64,000 nt of DNA from Patescibacteria group bacterium (GTDB lineage: Bacteria > Patescibacteriota > Microgenomatia > UBA10105 > UBA927): NCBI GenBank assembly GCA_035510735.1, contig DATKGN010000013.1:128596-192595 (forward strand), in the 5' to 3' direction. Positions 10,089 through 21,602 of this stretch are shown here, piece by piece. Numbering within the stretch: position 1 is the first letter of the stretch; every line of letters starts with the position of its first letter. The position numbers and the translations under genes are program-made. Below the pieces are notes generated by a model, which worked only from the letters and a program-made list of their open reading frames with translations, did not search any database and was not told the origin of the DNA.

Positions 10089-10658
10089 CTATCGTTCTCC
10101 AATAACAACCCGAACGACCATATCATCATTCGGAATATGGAGGAAAACATATTCCATGAGAAGCTTTCTGCCTTTGGTGATGACGCTATTGCAATCAGCG
10201 GGAGCAGCGGCTGTTAGATTTGTCGAAATGTTATCCATGAGATAACACACGTGATCTTTTGCAAGCGATTTTGAAATGGACCCACCGGGGATAAGATGGA
10301 CAGTCCATAATAGTTCTCGAGCATTAATAACCTCCGCGTCTTCAGATGACCAATACGAAAGAATAAATTGATTTTTTATGGTATCAACTGAAAGTACACT
10401 GCCAATAAGTGAATGGGCAAAATTAAACGACGCGCCCACACTAACAGGCTTTTTGGGGAGCGCGTTTGCCACCATATAGCCGATAAAGATAATAATGATA
10501 AGCGCGGTGCCGATGAGTTGCTGTACGCGGAGTCTTGATTCACTGAGCATTACCGCCGTCCGCGGATTCATCTGCACTTTCGGATTTTTGGGATTATCGG
10601 CAATGAACCGAAATGCCTGTGAGATATAAAATTTTTTGCCGCTGCGGACTTGCTGCAT
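10089..10658 (-). CDS. Hypothetical single-TM protein
   Basis: 189-aa ORF with one hydrophobic segment. Confidence 0.6.
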   Translation of the reverse strand: MQQVRSGKKFYISQAFRFIADNPKNPKVQMNPRTAVMLSESRLRVQQLIGTALIIIIFIGYMVANALPKKPVSVGASFNFAHSLIGSVLSVDTIKNQFILSYWSSEDAEVINARELLWTVHLIPGGSISKSLAKDHVCYLMDNISTNLTAAAPADCNSVITKGRKLLMEYVFLHIPNDDMVVRVVIGER

Positions 10659-10715
10659 ACGTTTATCGTATTATCTCACTTATTCAAAAGAAATGAACTA
10701 TTGTACAATAGGTCC

Positions 10716-11081
10716 ATGGATCAGACTGAATTTGAATCGCTCGTCAGAGAATCGCTCGACAGTCTTCCAAAAAAAATTGCCGAGAGATTAAATAATGTTG
10801 AAGTCATGGTCGATGTCTGGCCTGATGAAGAGGAACTACGGGCAGGTAATATAAAACCGGGAATGACACTTTTTGGATTATACCGCGGCGTTCCGCAAAC
10901 ACACCGGATAAACTATAACGCTGCAATCCCTGATAACATCACGATATTCATGGGGCCGTTTCTTTCGATATTCGGTGATAACCGTCTGCTTTTAAAACAA
11001 GAGGTTAAAAAAACCGTTCTTCATGAAATCGGCCATCACTTCGGCATGAGCGATGAGGAGATCAGGGCTGCAGGGAAATAA
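10716..11081 (+). CDS. Zincin-like metallopeptidase (DUF1025 / Zincin_1 type)
   Basis: LFGLYRGVP and VLHEIGHHFGMSD (HExxH). The ATG is 6 nt after TACAAT. Confidence 0.88.
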   Translation: MDQTEFESLVRESLDSLPKKIAERLNNVEVMVDVWPDEEELRAGNIKPGMTLFGLYRGVPQTHRINYNAAIPDNITIFMGPFLSIFGDNRLLLKQEVKKTVLHEIGHHFGMSDEEIRAAGK

Positions 11082-11082
11082 T

Positions 11083-11706
11083 TCAGTATCCATTTGGACG
11101 CTGACCTTGGCTATTTCCGGAATTACTTCCCGGATATCCCTGCGGAGGCGGTGGTACGATCCGATTATAAAAGCGCGGCGTTGGTCCACTTGCACCGGTC
11201 GAAACTCCCGTCGATTCCATAGGTTCACCGAAAAACGCCGTTGAGATGTTATTTGTTTTAAGCCAGTTACGGAAATTCGTTTCCAGCTGAGTCAATTCCT
11301 GTTGTTTCGCCTTGATCGCTGCAAGTTGACTGAGGATTTCCGTTTCCTGTGCTTGAGAGATTTTCCCTTCTTTGACGGCCTGGTCCAACCGTGCCTGAGG
11401 GTCACCCATCTGCCCGATTGAACCCGTTGCACCGGATGGCCCCCACATATATCTGTAACCGGAACCGGTCGCTCCGTATGGAGCTACATTGGGCACATTC
11501 ATCAAACCCGTGCTTGTATTCCCGCCTAATCGTCTTAGGAAATTCTGGACTACACCAATAAATCCGCCTCCGGTTTGAGTTTCTGCTCCTTTAACCTGAC
11601 CCGCCATGCCGTCAAACGGCCAAAATGCCAAGACGCTCGTCGGGAGGATAATAAGAGTGATGAATAATGCAACTGTTACTGATGTACCGAAAACGTTCTT
11701 TTTCAT
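11083..11706 (-). CDS. Hypothetical secreted protein
   Basis: Signal peptide (VLA|FW), LDQAVKEGKISQAQ motif and a Gly-rich tail. AAGGAGG RBS. Confidence 0.75.
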   Translation of the reverse strand: MKKNVFGTSVTVALFITLIILPTSVLAFWPFDGMAGQVKGAETQTGGGFIGVVQNFLRRLGGNTSTGLMNVPNVAPYGATGSGYRYMWGPSGATGSIGQMGDPQARLDQAVKEGKISQAQETEILSQLAAIKAKQQELTQLETNFRNWLKTNNISTAFFGEPMESTGVSTGASGPTPRFYNRIVPPPPQGYPGSNSGNSQGQRPNGY

Positions 11707-11795
11707 AGAGCCTCCTTAACACGTAATCTATATAGTATATACACGTTCATTCATTTGGCACAAATATGTAATCTAACGTATAATATCTTCATTGT

Positions 11796-12320
11796 ATGGT
11801 ATCTAACAAAAAGGCTCTACCAATACTCAGCGCGTTCGCTATATTTACGCTTCTTGGACTAACGTCCCCATCTGTGCATGCGGCAACAACTTATCCGACC
11901 AGGCGAACACCACAATATATTTACGTATATGGGACACCAACTCCGTTTGTCCGCTCCCTACTTCGACGGAAAGTAGCACCCAAAAAAACATCACCGTTTA
12001 ACCAGATTATCGGCAAGATTGGTCCGGCGATCCTGGGCAGCGGCGGTGTCATTCTCGGAGCCGTTGTGGCTTGGTATACGTTACGGCGTAAAACAAAGGC
12101 ATTTGACGTATATTTTGAACGTATTTCCCATGCGCAGGAGAAGTATCAGCAAACAATAGCCCTCGGTGTTATGGACAGAGATAAGGCGCTATACATTCTT
12201 AAAACGGAACTCGTGTCCATACAGGAAGAGGTAGAAATGGCTGTAGCGAGGAAAAAACTCGATCAGGAACAGCTTATCGCAGTGAGTAATAAAATCGAAC
12301 GGATTCTCAATAAAAAATAA
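11796..12320 (+). CDS. Hypothetical membrane protein
   Basis: Signal peptide, one TM segment and a helical C-terminus. Confidence 0.7.
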   Translation: MVSNKKALPILSAFAIFTLLGLTSPSVHAATTYPTRRTPQYIYVYGTPTPFVRSLLRRKVAPKKTSPFNQIIGKIGPAILGSGGVILGAVVAWYTLRRKTKAFDVYFERISHAQEKYQQTIALGVMDRDKALYILKTELVSIQEEVEMAVARKKLDQEQLIAVSNKIERILNKK

Positions 12321-12338
12321 CTATAGTCTCTTGCGTGG

Positions 12339-12815
12339 TTACTGGATAACACCGTTGGTATCGGTGATGATGCCGTAATCATCACGGTAGTTTATATCGC
12401 GGTCACTACCCGCATTATCATCAACCGGTGTCATTTCGATAAAATAAAGAGTATCCCCCTTCTTAACAACATACCGCTGATACTGATCATCAGAATCCTT
12501 TGGCGTCAAATCAACCTGCGTCGATCCGTCGGGCAACATTGTCGTATTCACACTAAACCCTATGGTCGCTTTTTTTGCATCAACGCTCATGGGACCAGGG
12601 ACAACTTGAAACGCAAATTTCGCAAGCTGTGAACCCGGAAGCTTCATCCCTTTGGATAGCATTTGCGGTCTGCCGCTTGGTGACGGCGGTTTCTTGCTCT
12701 GCGCACTAAGCACCATTGCAGTCGGAACCTGAGACCGGTTTCGTTTCATGACAATATATCCCGTTTCAACAATAACCGCGAGCATTAAACCTGCGATGAG
12801 AATATTTTTATTCAT
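12339..12815 (-). CDS. Hypothetical membrane-anchored protein
   Basis: N-terminal TM and an acidic C-terminus (DD...DRD...DDYGI). Confidence 0.75.
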   Translation of the reverse strand: MNKNILIAGLMLAVIVETGYIVMKRNRSQVPTAMVLSAQSKKPPSPSGRPQMLSKGMKLPGSQLAKFAFQVVPGPMSVDAKKATIGFSVNTTMLPDGSTQVDLTPKDSDDQYQRYVVKKGDTLYFIEMTPVDDNAGSDRDINYRDDYGIITDTNGVIQ

Positions 12816-12938
12816 AATATTGTAATATATATTACAAAGAATAAATTACCATTATTTAAACATTTTGTAAAGTAGATCATTACCATACTTAATTACGTAT
12901 ACTCGTAATTTACTTCAACTTATGTATAATACCCTTAC

Positions 12939-13817
12939 GTGAATACACCAGCATCATCTATATCTTTTCAAATTAAACAACGTACAATTTTTATACTATT
13001 GTGTGCAACCGTATTCTTCTTATGTTCTCCTTTATTACTTAAAGGACAATTGAACGTCTATGCTGCTGTTGTTATCAATGAAATTCTCCCAAAACCAAGC
13101 GACCCTGCTAATCAATGGATAGAACTTTATAACACCGGAACGGACACTGTATCTCTCAACCAGTGGAAAATCGAAAATACTTCAAACGGCGGCAAATCCT
13201 ATATTATCGCAGCCAGCGGCTCGATATCAGGACATGGTTTTTATCTCATTAACCGATCTCAATCGGCAATCCCACTAAGTATTGAAGGTGATACCGTAAA
13301 ATTATCCGATCCCAATAACACAGCAGTCGACACTCAAAGCTACCCGGGGACACTGGGGTTTAATACTTCGATGGGCAGGATGCCCGATGGAACCGGCCTC
13401 TGGACAATCTGTGCACCTACTGCACCGGATGGCCCCTACGCTTTTACACCAAATCTGCCGAACAACTGTCCAATTCCAACCCCATCACCCACTCCAACAG
13501 TAACACCAGTACCCACGAGCACACCGATTCCCACCGATACGCCGACAGATGCACCCACTCCGACTGCAATGAGAACGTTCGCACCGATAACATTCGGCAA
13601 TGTTTTGGGAACAACAAATTCTCTTACCCCGACTCTTACGCCCTCCCCGACACCCGGCGATGTATTAAAAATTGTAATACCAAATGCCATAGTGGTCCCT
13701 AAAACACTTGCAATTCAAATCGGTATAATCGTTGCTGCTTGGATACTTATAGCCGTGACGGCAACAATAAGAGGAAGACGAAAACGCCAAAAACGCGCTA
13801 TACCGCCGGTTAGTTAA
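12939..13817 (+). CDS. Lamin-tail-domain surface protein with a Pro/Thr linker and C-terminal TM
   Basis: VVINEILPKP...QWIELYN...VSLNQWKI LTD motif, PT repeats, then a TM and basic tail. Confidence 0.85.
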   Translation: MNTPASSISFQIKQRTIFILLCATVFFLCSPLLLKGQLNVYAAVVINEILPKPSDPANQWIELYNTGTDTVSLNQWKIENTSNGGKSYIIAASGSISGHGFYLINRSQSAIPLSIEGDTVKLSDPNNTAVDTQSYPGTLGFNTSMGRMPDGTGLWTICAPTAPDGPYAFTPNLPNNCPIPTPSPTPTVTPVPTSTPIPTDTPTDAPTPTAMRTFAPITFGNVLGTTNSLTPTLTPSPTPGDVLKIVIPNAIVVPKTLAIQIGIIVAAWILIAVTATIRGRRKRQKRAIPPVS

Positions 13818-14319
13818 TAATTTCAACTCCTCCGAATACACCCACTCCCTTCACGTGAAGCCTCGGAGATGCGTCTGTGCCACCCGAAGTTAGGTTGGAA
13901 AATCCGCCCATAACTCCTGCACCCTCTGAACTCACGCGCCAACCCTTGGGGATAATCACTTTAAGACCTCCGAAAACAGCAACGAGCTCTAATTCCATTG
14001 TTTTTGCTTTACTTTTTACCTCTGACAAATCAATTTGCATACCGGAGAACACTGCGACGGCTTTTCCACCCGTGAATGATGACGTAATCACCCGTTTATC
14101 CGATCCACTAAATATTGCAATTTCATTAATCTCATCTTGGTGTAATTCGGACGAACGAACAGCACCCGCACGACTGCACCATTTTCTGAAAAGAAGAATC
14201 CTCAACCCGATAAAGATAAATATAAACGGTATTGCATAATGAAACCAATCAAAATTTGTTAACGCAGAGAGACCGATAAAGACAAACAATATTCCGAAAA
14301 TTAACCGCCGTGTTGTCAT
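13810..14319 (-). CDS. LiaF-related cell-envelope stress protein (DUF2154-like)
   Basis: Two TMs followed by AIFSG...GG...AVFGG...IIP beta repeats. Confidence 0.8.
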   Translation of the reverse strand: MTTRRLIFGILFVFIGLSALTNFDWFHYAIPFIFIFIGLRILLFRKWCSRAGAVRSSELHQDEINEIAIFSGSDKRVITSSFTGGKAVAVFSGMQIDLSEVKSKAKTMELELVAVFGGLKVIIPKGWRVSSEGAGVMGGFSNLTSGGTDASPRLHVKGVGVFGGVEIIN

Positions 14320-14717
14320 TTTATATACCTTCTTAACGTTTCTAATATTGTGGTAATTTCTTTAGGCAATACGAACGTGCTTGCAATCGATGACCCAACT
14401 GATTGCAAACTGAAAATAAAGACTATCCCGAATACGAATACAGCCAGGAAAAAGAGAATTGCATCCGCTAAAACGGAACTTCCAAGTAGTATTTGAAGAC
14501 CCATAAAGATAAAGATGACCGGCCAGAACTGCCCAATCGTATGCCAAACCACCCATGGGACGACACCGGCAGTATTTAAGAGAAGTATAATACCGGCAAA
14601 AAGGAACATGACGCCCGCAACGGGCCTCCCTGAATCGCGATGATGGTGGCGTTCGTGATCATACGTATCGCCAAAAATTTCTACATGTGGTTCGTGATTC
14701 GAATCTTTCTCATGCAT
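14316..14717 (-). CDS. LiaI/LiaF-like membrane protein (DUF5668-like)
   Basis: GIILLLNT.G....W...WPVIFIFMG pattern. Overlaps the next gene by 4 nt. Confidence 0.75.
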   Translation of the reverse strand: MHEKDSNHEPHVEIFGDTYDHERHHHRDSGRPVAGVMFLFAGIILLLNTAGVVPWVVWHTIGQFWPVIFIFMGLQILLGSSVLADAILFFLAVFVFGIVFIFSLQSVGSSIASTFVLPKEITTILETLRRYIK

Positions 14718-14777
14718 ATAGAATAATTATAGGCAAAATAATGCCATTTTTATGTAAGGCAACTAACAAAACAATAT

Positions 14778-15053
14778 TTATGGAGCTTTGAGGAGATTTG
14801 CAAATTTAAGCTTGTATAGATTTTCAAGAAGGTCAGCCCCCGCGTAGCCGGCGAGTAGCGACGTCCGCCAATCGGAATTGATAACCACTCCGGCGGCAAG
14901 ACCCGACAGAACAGCGACAATGATTGAAAGGGTAAGATATTTCCATTGAAATGGTTGCGTTGGCGGCAACATCTGCGATTTTGTTATCCCGACCAAGCCT
15001 CGTACCAGGCCCCCAAAGGCCCCGGCTAATACCTGCATCGTTGTTAATGACAT
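14778..15053 (-). CDS. Small membrane protein
   Basis: 91 aa with GAFGGLVRGLVG...LAGYAGAD and 2-3 TMs. Confidence 0.7.
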   Translation of the reverse strand: MSLTTMQVLAGAFGGLVRGLVGITKSQMLPPTQPFQWKYLTLSIIVAVLSGLAAGVVINSDWRTSLLAGYAGADLLENLYKLKFANLLKAP

Positions 15054-15068
15054 GCGGTGACCCCTTCT

Positions 15069-15401
15069 TTAAAATCCCTGCATTGAGTTAAACTGGCCCA
15101 TCTGTTTATTTACTGCATTGACAATATCGACGGTCCACTTAACAGCTAAAAGCAGTACGATGACGGTAATGACCATTGCGACTGTGCCCACGATTTTTGA
15201 TTTCTGATCATCCCGCTTCAGATATCGCCACCCCCATATAACACCCATCGGTGGAAGAAAAATGCTGCCGAGATAGAGCATCGCCTGACTCTCGGGGGTA
15301 ACGGAGGGCGGTTTTTCATGGAGATTTTTACCGCAATTGAAACAAAAATAATCGCTCAGGCGCACCTCTGTATGGCACACCGGGCAAAAGCTTTTATCCA
15401 T
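15069..15401 (-). CDS. Zinc-ribbon membrane protein
   Basis: CPVC...CFNCG plus two TMs. The start was moved to ATG 15401, 6 nt after TACAAT. Confidence 0.8.
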   Translation of the reverse strand: MDKSFCPVCHTEVRLSDYFCFNCGKNLHEKPPSVTPESQAMLYLGSIFLPPMGVIWGWRYLKRDDQKSKIVGTVAMVITVIVLLLAVKWTVDIVNAVNKQMGQFNSMQGF

Positions 15402-15475
15402 ACTCTTATTGTACACAATTACGCTCTGATACGTCATATAAGAGACACATAAACCGTCTATGATACAATCGCTAC

Positions 15476-16411
15476 ATGGTCGCGCGACACCAAAGAAACC
15501 ATCATGGAAACAGGGGTACAATGCTTCTTTTTTTCATAGCGCTTCTTGGCATCGGCATATATGGAGGAACCAGTTTTTACAATTCGCGTAAAATAATATC
15601 TCCTATCAGTGAAGTAAAAAAGAAGCAATCGTCAATTTTCAACCTGCTACACCCACAAAAAAACCCCGACACCCTTAAAACGGCAATCAAAAATCAAATT
15701 GGAGACGCGTGGGAAAATTATTCTGTTTATGTCGTTGATTTCAATTCTCCGTTTGTCATGGCGATTAACGAATCAACGATCTTTACTGCTGCTTCAGTCA
15801 ACAAAGTACCAATCCTCGCCGCCCTTTATGCGGAAGCACAAAGCGGCACTATCAACTTTGACACCGTTATAACGCTCCAGGAAGACGACATACAGGATTA
15901 CGGCACGGGCAGCATCCGATATGATCCGCCGGGCACAACGTATACCATTAAGACCCTTGCCAGACTTATGATGCAAAAAAGCGATAATACGGCGGCCTAT
16001 CTGTTGGCCAACTATACTATCGGATTGGATGTGGTTCAAAAATATGTAAATGGCTGGGGTATGACACAAACCGATATGGCAAACAACAAAACGTCAAATA
16101 CCGACATGGCAATTCTATTCAAAAAGATCATGGATAAAAAGATAACGAGCCCAGCACTATCGGTAGAAATGTTGGGATTTCTCAAAGACAGTGATTTCGA
16201 GGATCGCCTGCCGGCGCTTCTGCCTAAGGATGCCATCGTTTATCACAAAATCGGTACGGGAACTGGAACCGTCCATGATGTTGGGGTCGTTGTCCACGGG
16301 GACACGGAATATTACATCGGAATATTCACAAGCGATATCACTGATGAAGAACAGGCGTCAACATTAGCAGCCGAGGTGTCAAAAACAGTCTACGATTTTA
16401 TGGTGAGGTAA
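15476..16411 (+). CDS. Class A beta-lactamase-related serine hydrolase
   Basis: ASVNK (SxxK), SDN and HKIG motifs with an N-terminal TM. Lactamase activity is not established. Confidence 0.85.
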   Translation: MVARHQRNHHGNRGTMLLFFIALLGIGIYGGTSFYNSRKIISPISEVKKKQSSIFNLLHPQKNPDTLKTAIKNQIGDAWENYSVYVVDFNSPFVMAINESTIFTAASVNKVPILAALYAEAQSGTINFDTVITLQEDDIQDYGTGSIRYDPPGTTYTIKTLARLMMQKSDNTAAYLLANYTIGLDVVQKYVNGWGMTQTDMANNKTSNTDMAILFKKIMDKKITSPALSVEMLGFLKDSDFEDRLPALLPKDAIVYHKIGTGTGTVHDVGVVVHGDTEYYIGIFTSDITDEEQASTLAAEVSKTVYDFMVR

Positions 16412-18820
16412 CTATTTCTTGGCAAGGGCAATCTTGAGTACTTCATCCATGTGCTCAACAAAGTGAAAGGTCAGTTCATCCTGAACTATCTTCGGAATAT
16501 CCTCAAGATCCTTCTTGTTATTCTTGGGTAGTATAAGCGTCTTAATACCAGACCTGTGTGCCGCAATAACTTTTTCTTTCACTCCTCCGATCTCAAGTAC
16601 CCGTCCGCGTAGCGTAATTTCCCCTGTCATGGCAACCGTCCGCCTTACCGGAGTTTTTGTAAGGGCAGATACAAGTGCTGTGCCGATTGCAGCACCGGCA
16701 GACGGTCCATCCTTGGGAACAGCCCCCTCTGGCACGTGAACATGAATATCTATTTTCTGGAAAAATTTTTCCGCAAGACCCAACTCTTTCCAACGGCTCC
16801 TGACATAGGAAAGCGCCGCCTGAGCCGACTCCTTCATCACATCTCCGAGCTGACCGGTCAGAGTTATTGTCCCCCGTCCGGGCATGAGTGCGGCTTCGAT
16901 AAATAAAATTTCTCCTCCTGCCTCGGTCCACGCAAGACCCGTCGACATGCCGATCTCGTCCTGTTTTTCCGCTAGATACGAGGTAAATTTATACGGCCCC
17001 AGATAGTCGTGAAGCGATTTCGGAGCGATCGTGTATATTTCACTCTTCTTTTCGTCGTCAGCTATTTTTTTGGCAACCTTCCGAAATATGGTCGCAATTT
17101 CTCGCTCTAAACTTCTGACTCCGGCTTCCCGTGTATATCTTCTTATTATTTCGTAAATAGATTCATCCGTTAATTTCACAACGTTCGTCGGTATCGCATG
17201 CACCTCACGCTGTTTTTCATAAAGAAAATCTTTAGCGATATGGAATTTTTCTTCCTCCGTATATCCTGCAAAACGAATAATCTCCAGGCGGTCGCGTAGA
17301 GCGGGTGGGATGGTGTCAAGCACGTTACATGTCGTGATAAAAAAGACATCAGAAAGATCAAATGGGACTTCAAGATAATGATCGGAGAACGCATAGTTTT
17401 GCTCCGGATCCAACGCCTCAAGAAGCGCGCTTGATGGGTCGCCGCGGAAATCCGTTCCGACTTTGTCAATTTCATCAAGCATGTAAACCGGATTTTTAGT
17501 TCCTGCCTGTTTAATACCCTGAATGATGCGCCCCGGAAGCGCTCCGACGTACGTCCGCCTATGCCCCCTTATCTCCGCTTCATCACGGATTCCTCCTAGC
17601 GACATTTTCACAAATTTACGGCCAAGGGCTTTCGCAATCGACTTACCGATGGACGTTTTTCCGACTCCAGGCGGTCCCACGAAACATAATATGGTCGGGG
17701 AAGATTTACCCTGGCGTTTATTCACTTCCGTATCTTTCAGTTTTTTCTCATCCTTCTTTTCTTCTAACGATTCAGACGGCTGGACATTATTCCGAAGTTT
17801 CATGACAGCCAGATATTCCAGAATCCGTTCTTTAATTTTCTTTAAACCATAGTGATCTTTATCGAGCACGACCTCGGCATCATGGATGTTCACAGTATTA
17901 GGGCTTGAGATGCTCCATGGTAATTCAACAAGCATATCAAGATACGTCCGTACATACGAGGACTCAGGATTATACGCGGACATTTGGGCCAGGCGTGATA
18001 ACTCTTTTTCCGCTTTCGCCCTTACATCTGACGGCATCCCTGCTTTTTTAATCTTGTCTGCCAGTTCTTTGATCTCTTTATTATCGTCATTTTCCCCAAG
18101 CTCCTTTTCGATAGTCTTCATGCGCTCCCGCAAGACCTGTTCACGGACATTTTTATCGAATTTTTCCTGCGTCTTGTTTGCAATCTTACGCTCCAAATCC
18201 AAAATCTTCGTTTCTTTTGAAAGGTAATTTATCTCTTTTTCAAGCCGTTCCTTCACTGACTGGATTTCAAGGAGCTCCTGACGCTCACTTGGTTTAATAT
18301 CCAAAACGCCTGCCACATGATAGGAAAGCGCAAGCGGAGAAATACCGGACATAATATTCATGAACGTAAGAAAATCCATTGTTTTTCCCATTTTGACGGC
18401 GCTCCGGAGCTCCTGTGTCAGATGATTAAAAAGCGCTTTTGTTTCGTCGGTATCTTCGGTAACATCCTGGACATCAGTCACCCGTGCAATGAAATACGGC
18501 TCAACAGTTTCATATGACTGGATCTGAACTTTAGAGGTTCCGCGAACGAGAGCATTGATTTCCCCTTCATTTTTCATCATCTGCACAATCTCACCGACGG
18601 TCGCAATCCCATAGAGGTCTGAGGGAGTCGGATCATTAATATTGGGATTCCGCTGCATCACAAGGACTACTTTTTTGCCAGTTGTCTGTGCGGCTTCAAT
18701 AGATGAAACAGAGCGCTGCCGACCGAACGTGAGGATCATTTCAGTACCAGGAAAAACGATTCCGTCACGGATAGGAACTACCGGAAGTAATTGACCTGTT
18801 GGTTGTTCTACATCATTCAT
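16412..18820 (-). CDS. lon: ATP-dependent Lon protease
   Basis: [14 protein letters not shown] and PKDGPSAG (catalytic Ser). Confidence 0.98.
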   Translation of the reverse strand: MNDVEQPTGQLLPVVPIRDGIVFPGTEMILTFGRQRSVSSIEAAQTTGKKVVLVMQRNPNINDPTPSDLYGIATVGEIVQMMKNEGEINALVRGTSKVQIQSYETVEPYFIARVTDVQDVTEDTDETKALFNHLTQELRSAVKMGKTMDFLTFMNIMSGISPLALSYHVAGVLDIKPSERQELLEIQSVKERLEKEINYLSKETKILDLERKIANKTQEKFDKNVREQVLRERMKTIEKELGENDDNKEIKELADKIKKAGMPSDVRAKAEKELSRLAQMSAYNPESSYVRTYLDMLVELPWSISSPNTVNIHDAEVVLDKDHYGLKKIKERILEYLAVMKLRNNVQPSESLEEKKDEKKLKDTEVNKRQGKSSPTILCFVGPPGVGKTSIGKSIAKALGRKFVKMSLGGIRDEAEIRGHRRTYVGALPGRIIQGIKQAGTKNPVYMLDEIDKVGTDFRGDPSSALLEALDPEQNYAFSDHYLEVPFDLSDVFFITTCNVLDTIPPALRDRLEIIRFAGYTEEEKFHIAKDFLYEKQREVHAIPTNVVKLTDESIYEIIRRYTREAGVRSLEREIATIFRKVAKKIADDEKKSEIYTIAPKSLHDYLGPYKFTSYLAEKQDEIGMSTGLAWTEAGGEILFIEAALMPGRGTITLTGQLGDVMKESAQAALSYVRSRWKELGLAEKFFQKIDIHVHVPEGAVPKDGPSAGAAIGTALVSALTKTPVRRTVAMTGEITLRGRVLEIGGVKEKVIAAHRSGIKTLILPKNNKKDLEDIPKIVQDELTFHFVEHMDEVLKIALAKK

Positions 18821-18842
18821 AAAAATTTATATAAAATGATAT

Positions 18843-18881
18843 TTAGCACTCAATTATAACAACTGCTAAAATCGACGTCAA
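18843..18881 (-). promoter_or_regulatory. CIRCE (HrcA operator) overlapping the lon promoter
   Basis: TTAGCACTC-N9-AACTGCTAA (18843-18869; consensus right arm GAGTGCTAA). Minus strand TTGACG-17 nt-TATAAT. Confidence 0.8.
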
Positions 18882-18907
18882 CCCCCCAAAAAATTCATAC
18901 CCTTCTG

Positions 18908-19768
18908 TTATACAAACTCCTGGAGAACGCTGTCGAAGTGCTCCGAAGCCACCGGCACACGAATGAGCGGATCACCGGTAAGCGCAGGTTCGTGATCTTC
19001 GCTTGTCGGACGGATTTCCTTATAAAATAAACCGATCGGAATCCGGTCTCCCCATTCCATAGCCCGTTCTATCGCTTTCATCTTATTATCTGGTACATAT
19101 TTTTCATCTTCAAGACGATAGACACGCTGTCTATACCATTGATACGTATTTACTTTATTAAATGTCACGCAGGGCTGCAGAACATCGACAACCGCGAAAC
19201 CCTTGTGTTCCACAGCGTCACTCATAAGCTTGATAAGACCGGGAGTATCTCCGGCAAATCCGCGTGCCACGTAGGTTGCACCCGCTGCAATAGCAAGAAG
19301 AAGCGGATTAATCGGTGCATCAACTGCGCCATCGGGTGTCGATTTCGTCACAAAACCAATCTTTGCTGTAGGAGAAGCCTGGCCCGTCGTAAGCCCATAC
19401 ACCTGATTGTCATGTAAAATAACGGTAATATCCGGATTCCGCTTGGCGGCATGGAGAAAATGATTTCCGCCTTCACCCAGACAATCCCCGTCTCCTGACA
19501 CCACAACCACGGGAAGTTTGTGATTGGCAAGCTTCACGCCCTGGGCAACAGGCAGCGTCCTCCCATGGAGGCCTGCAAACCCGTAGATATTCATCCAGTT
19601 ATACATGTTGCCGTGACACCCGACGCCGTAGACGACTAACCCATCATCTGAGCCTATCCCTTGCTTCACCAACGCCTCTTTGAGAGCTGTCCAGATGCCA
19701 TAATCTCCGCACCCTGGGCACCACGTCGGTAAATGATTTGCTGCAAATACACTACTATTGAGCGTCAT
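18908..19768 (-). CDS. 2-oxoacid:ferredoxin oxidoreductase beta subunit
   Basis: WCPGCGD, GDGD TPP motif, YGLTTGQ and LQPCVTFN. Confidence 0.95.
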   Translation of the reverse strand: MTLNSSVFAANHLPTWCPGCGDYGIWTALKEALVKQGIGSDDGLVVYGVGCHGNMYNWMNIYGFAGLHGRTLPVAQGVKLANHKLPVVVVSGDGDCLGEGGNHFLHAAKRNPDITVILHDNQVYGLTTGQASPTAKIGFVTKSTPDGAVDAPINPLLLAIAAGATYVARGFAGDTPGLIKLMSDAVEHKGFAVVDVLQPCVTFNKVNTYQWYRQRVYRLEDEKYVPDNKMKAIERAMEWGDRIPIGLFYKEIRPTSEDHEPALTGDPLIRVPVASEHFDSVLQEFV

Positions 19769-21507
19769 AGGCTTTTTTCCACTCCTTCCACAATTTCTTC
19801 AGGATAAAACGGTCGTCCGTCATATTTCAGTATTTTTTCGCCGATTTTTAACCCGGTGTGTTCCCTTATAAGTGCTGCAAGCTGACCGGAGGCGTTTTGT
19901 TCCACATCAATAACACGCTTGGCTGTTGATAAAAGTTTTGCTACCTCATCTTCCGGAAACGGATAGAGCCAGGTAAAGTGGACAAGGTTTGCCGTCCTTC
20001 CTTTGGCACGAAGCATTTCCATAGCGTCAATTACCGGCCCACGGGATGATCCCCAACTCACGAAGGTGATATCCGCGTTTTTATCACCATACACGTGCGG
20101 AGCAGGGACATCTTTTTTCATTGCATTAAATTTCTTGAGGCGTTTATTTGCCATCGCGACGCGCTCGGAGGCTAATTCCGTGACATATCCTTTTTCATTG
20201 TGTTCATAAGAATTTGAAAAGAATACGCCGTTTTTCATCCCAGGAATACTTCGGGGTGACACTCCGTCATCCACATCAAGTCGGTACCGCTTATAAGATC
20301 TGTCTGCCGGTAAGTCACTTTCATTTACCATCTTACCCCGCTCAACCGTATACTCTTTCTTAAAGTGTGACATCGGGACGCACCAATGACTCTCCGCGAG
20401 ATACTTATCGGTTAATACAAAAACCGGAGTCTGATACCGATCCGCGAGATTAAACGCATTCGCCGTCAACTCAAAGGCCTCCGCGGCATCGCTGGGGGCA
20501 AGTACAATTCTGGGGAATTCTCCGTGGCCCGCATGAATCACAAACTGTAATTCGCCCTGTTCTGTCCACGTCGGCATCCCTGTTGCTGGTCCCACCCGCA
20601 TACCGAGATTGATAACGATCGGAACCTCCATGATGCCGGCAAGCGAGAGCCCCTCCACCATAAGCGCGAAACCGCCACCGGATGAAGCAACCATACTTCG
20701 GACACCGGCAAAAGAAGCCCCTAAAGCCATATTAATCCCTGAAATCTCATCTTCAGGTTGCTTATACACTATTTTTAACTGCTTCGCGTGATCTGCAAAA
20801 AATGAGATCACGGAGTTAATCGGAGTCATGGGGTAAATAGCTGCAAACTTCACGCCTCCGCGGTACGCACCAAGCCCTACGGCTTCGCTGGCATTAAGAA
20901 TAAGCTGCGGCTCCTTCTTCTCTGCCTTCGAAAGATACATGGAGGTTTCATCGGGAAAATGCTTTTTGACGTAATCATATCCGGACTTGGCTAGAGCGAT
21001 ATTACTGTCGATCACCGGCTGTTTTTTCTTCTTAAACTGATCGCGTATGATGGATTCCAGTATGGAAAAATCTGCACCGACTAACGCAAGTGTCACACCG
21101 AGTGTAACGGTATTTCGCATCACAGGAGAGCCATTTAGAGTGTTCACAAGCTCCATAAGCGGCACCGGCAACAGATGAACAGGTTTCGGAAAATCCGAGG
21201 CCTGCCATTCATGATCCTTCGGATCGTATACAACGAGGGCATTCTCATTTAATTCATCCTTGTGGAGCTCAATACAGGGATTGTGAAGTGCCACCAAGAT
21301 GTGCACTTCCCGGTTCATTGATTCAAAATATTTTGGTGAAATCCGTACGGTAATAAGATTATGCCCGCCGCGAATAAGTGAAGGATATTCATTGGTGACC
21401 ATTGTGTGATATCCAACCCTCGCAAACGCCCGAGCCATCATAGTGCCCGCGGACATGATGCCAAAGCCTGCTTCACCACCAATTTTCCAAATGATACTGT
21501 CTCTCAT
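19765..21507 (-). CDS. 2-oxoacid:ferredoxin oxidoreductase alpha subunit (gamma-alpha fusion)
   Basis: GGEAGFG, YPSLIRGG, YPMTP and GPATGMPT. Confidence 0.95.
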   Translation of the reverse strand: MRDSIIWKIGGEAGFGIMSAGTMMARAFARVGYHTMVTNEYPSLIRGGHNLITVRISPKYFESMNREVHILVALHNPCIELHKDELNENALVVYDPKDHEWQASDFPKPVHLLPVPLMELVNTLNGSPVMRNTVTLGVTLALVGADFSILESIIRDQFKKKKQPVIDSNIALAKSGYDYVKKHFPDETSMYLSKAEKKEPQLILNASEAVGLGAYRGGVKFAAIYPMTPINSVISFFADHAKQLKIVYKQPEDEISGINMALGASFAGVRSMVASSGGGFALMVEGLSLAGIMEVPIVINLGMRVGPATGMPTWTEQGELQFVIHAGHGEFPRIVLAPSDAAEAFELTANAFNLADRYQTPVFVLTDKYLAESHWCVPMSHFKKEYTVERGKMVNESDLPADRSYKRYRLDVDDGVSPRSIPGMKNGVFFSNSYEHNEKGYVTELASERVAMANKRLKKFNAMKKDVPAPHVYGDKNADITFVSWGSSRGPVIDAMEMLRAKGRTANLVHFTWLYPFPEDEVAKLLSTAKRVIDVEQNASGQLAALIREHTGLKIGEKILKYDGRPFYPEEIVEGVEKSL

Positions 21508-21602
21508 ACCTATTCTTAGCGTAGCACAAATATAAACAAATTGGGAGATACAATAGGACTATATTAATTCGTCGGGGTCGAATCGCTTAATCATTCGCCC
21601 TT

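Noticed and set aside
15476-16411. A true antibiotic-resistance beta-lactamase
   Set aside because: It has the fold motifs but is membrane-anchored with HKIG instead of KTG, so it is more likely a cell-wall serine hydrolase. Activity cannot be inferred.
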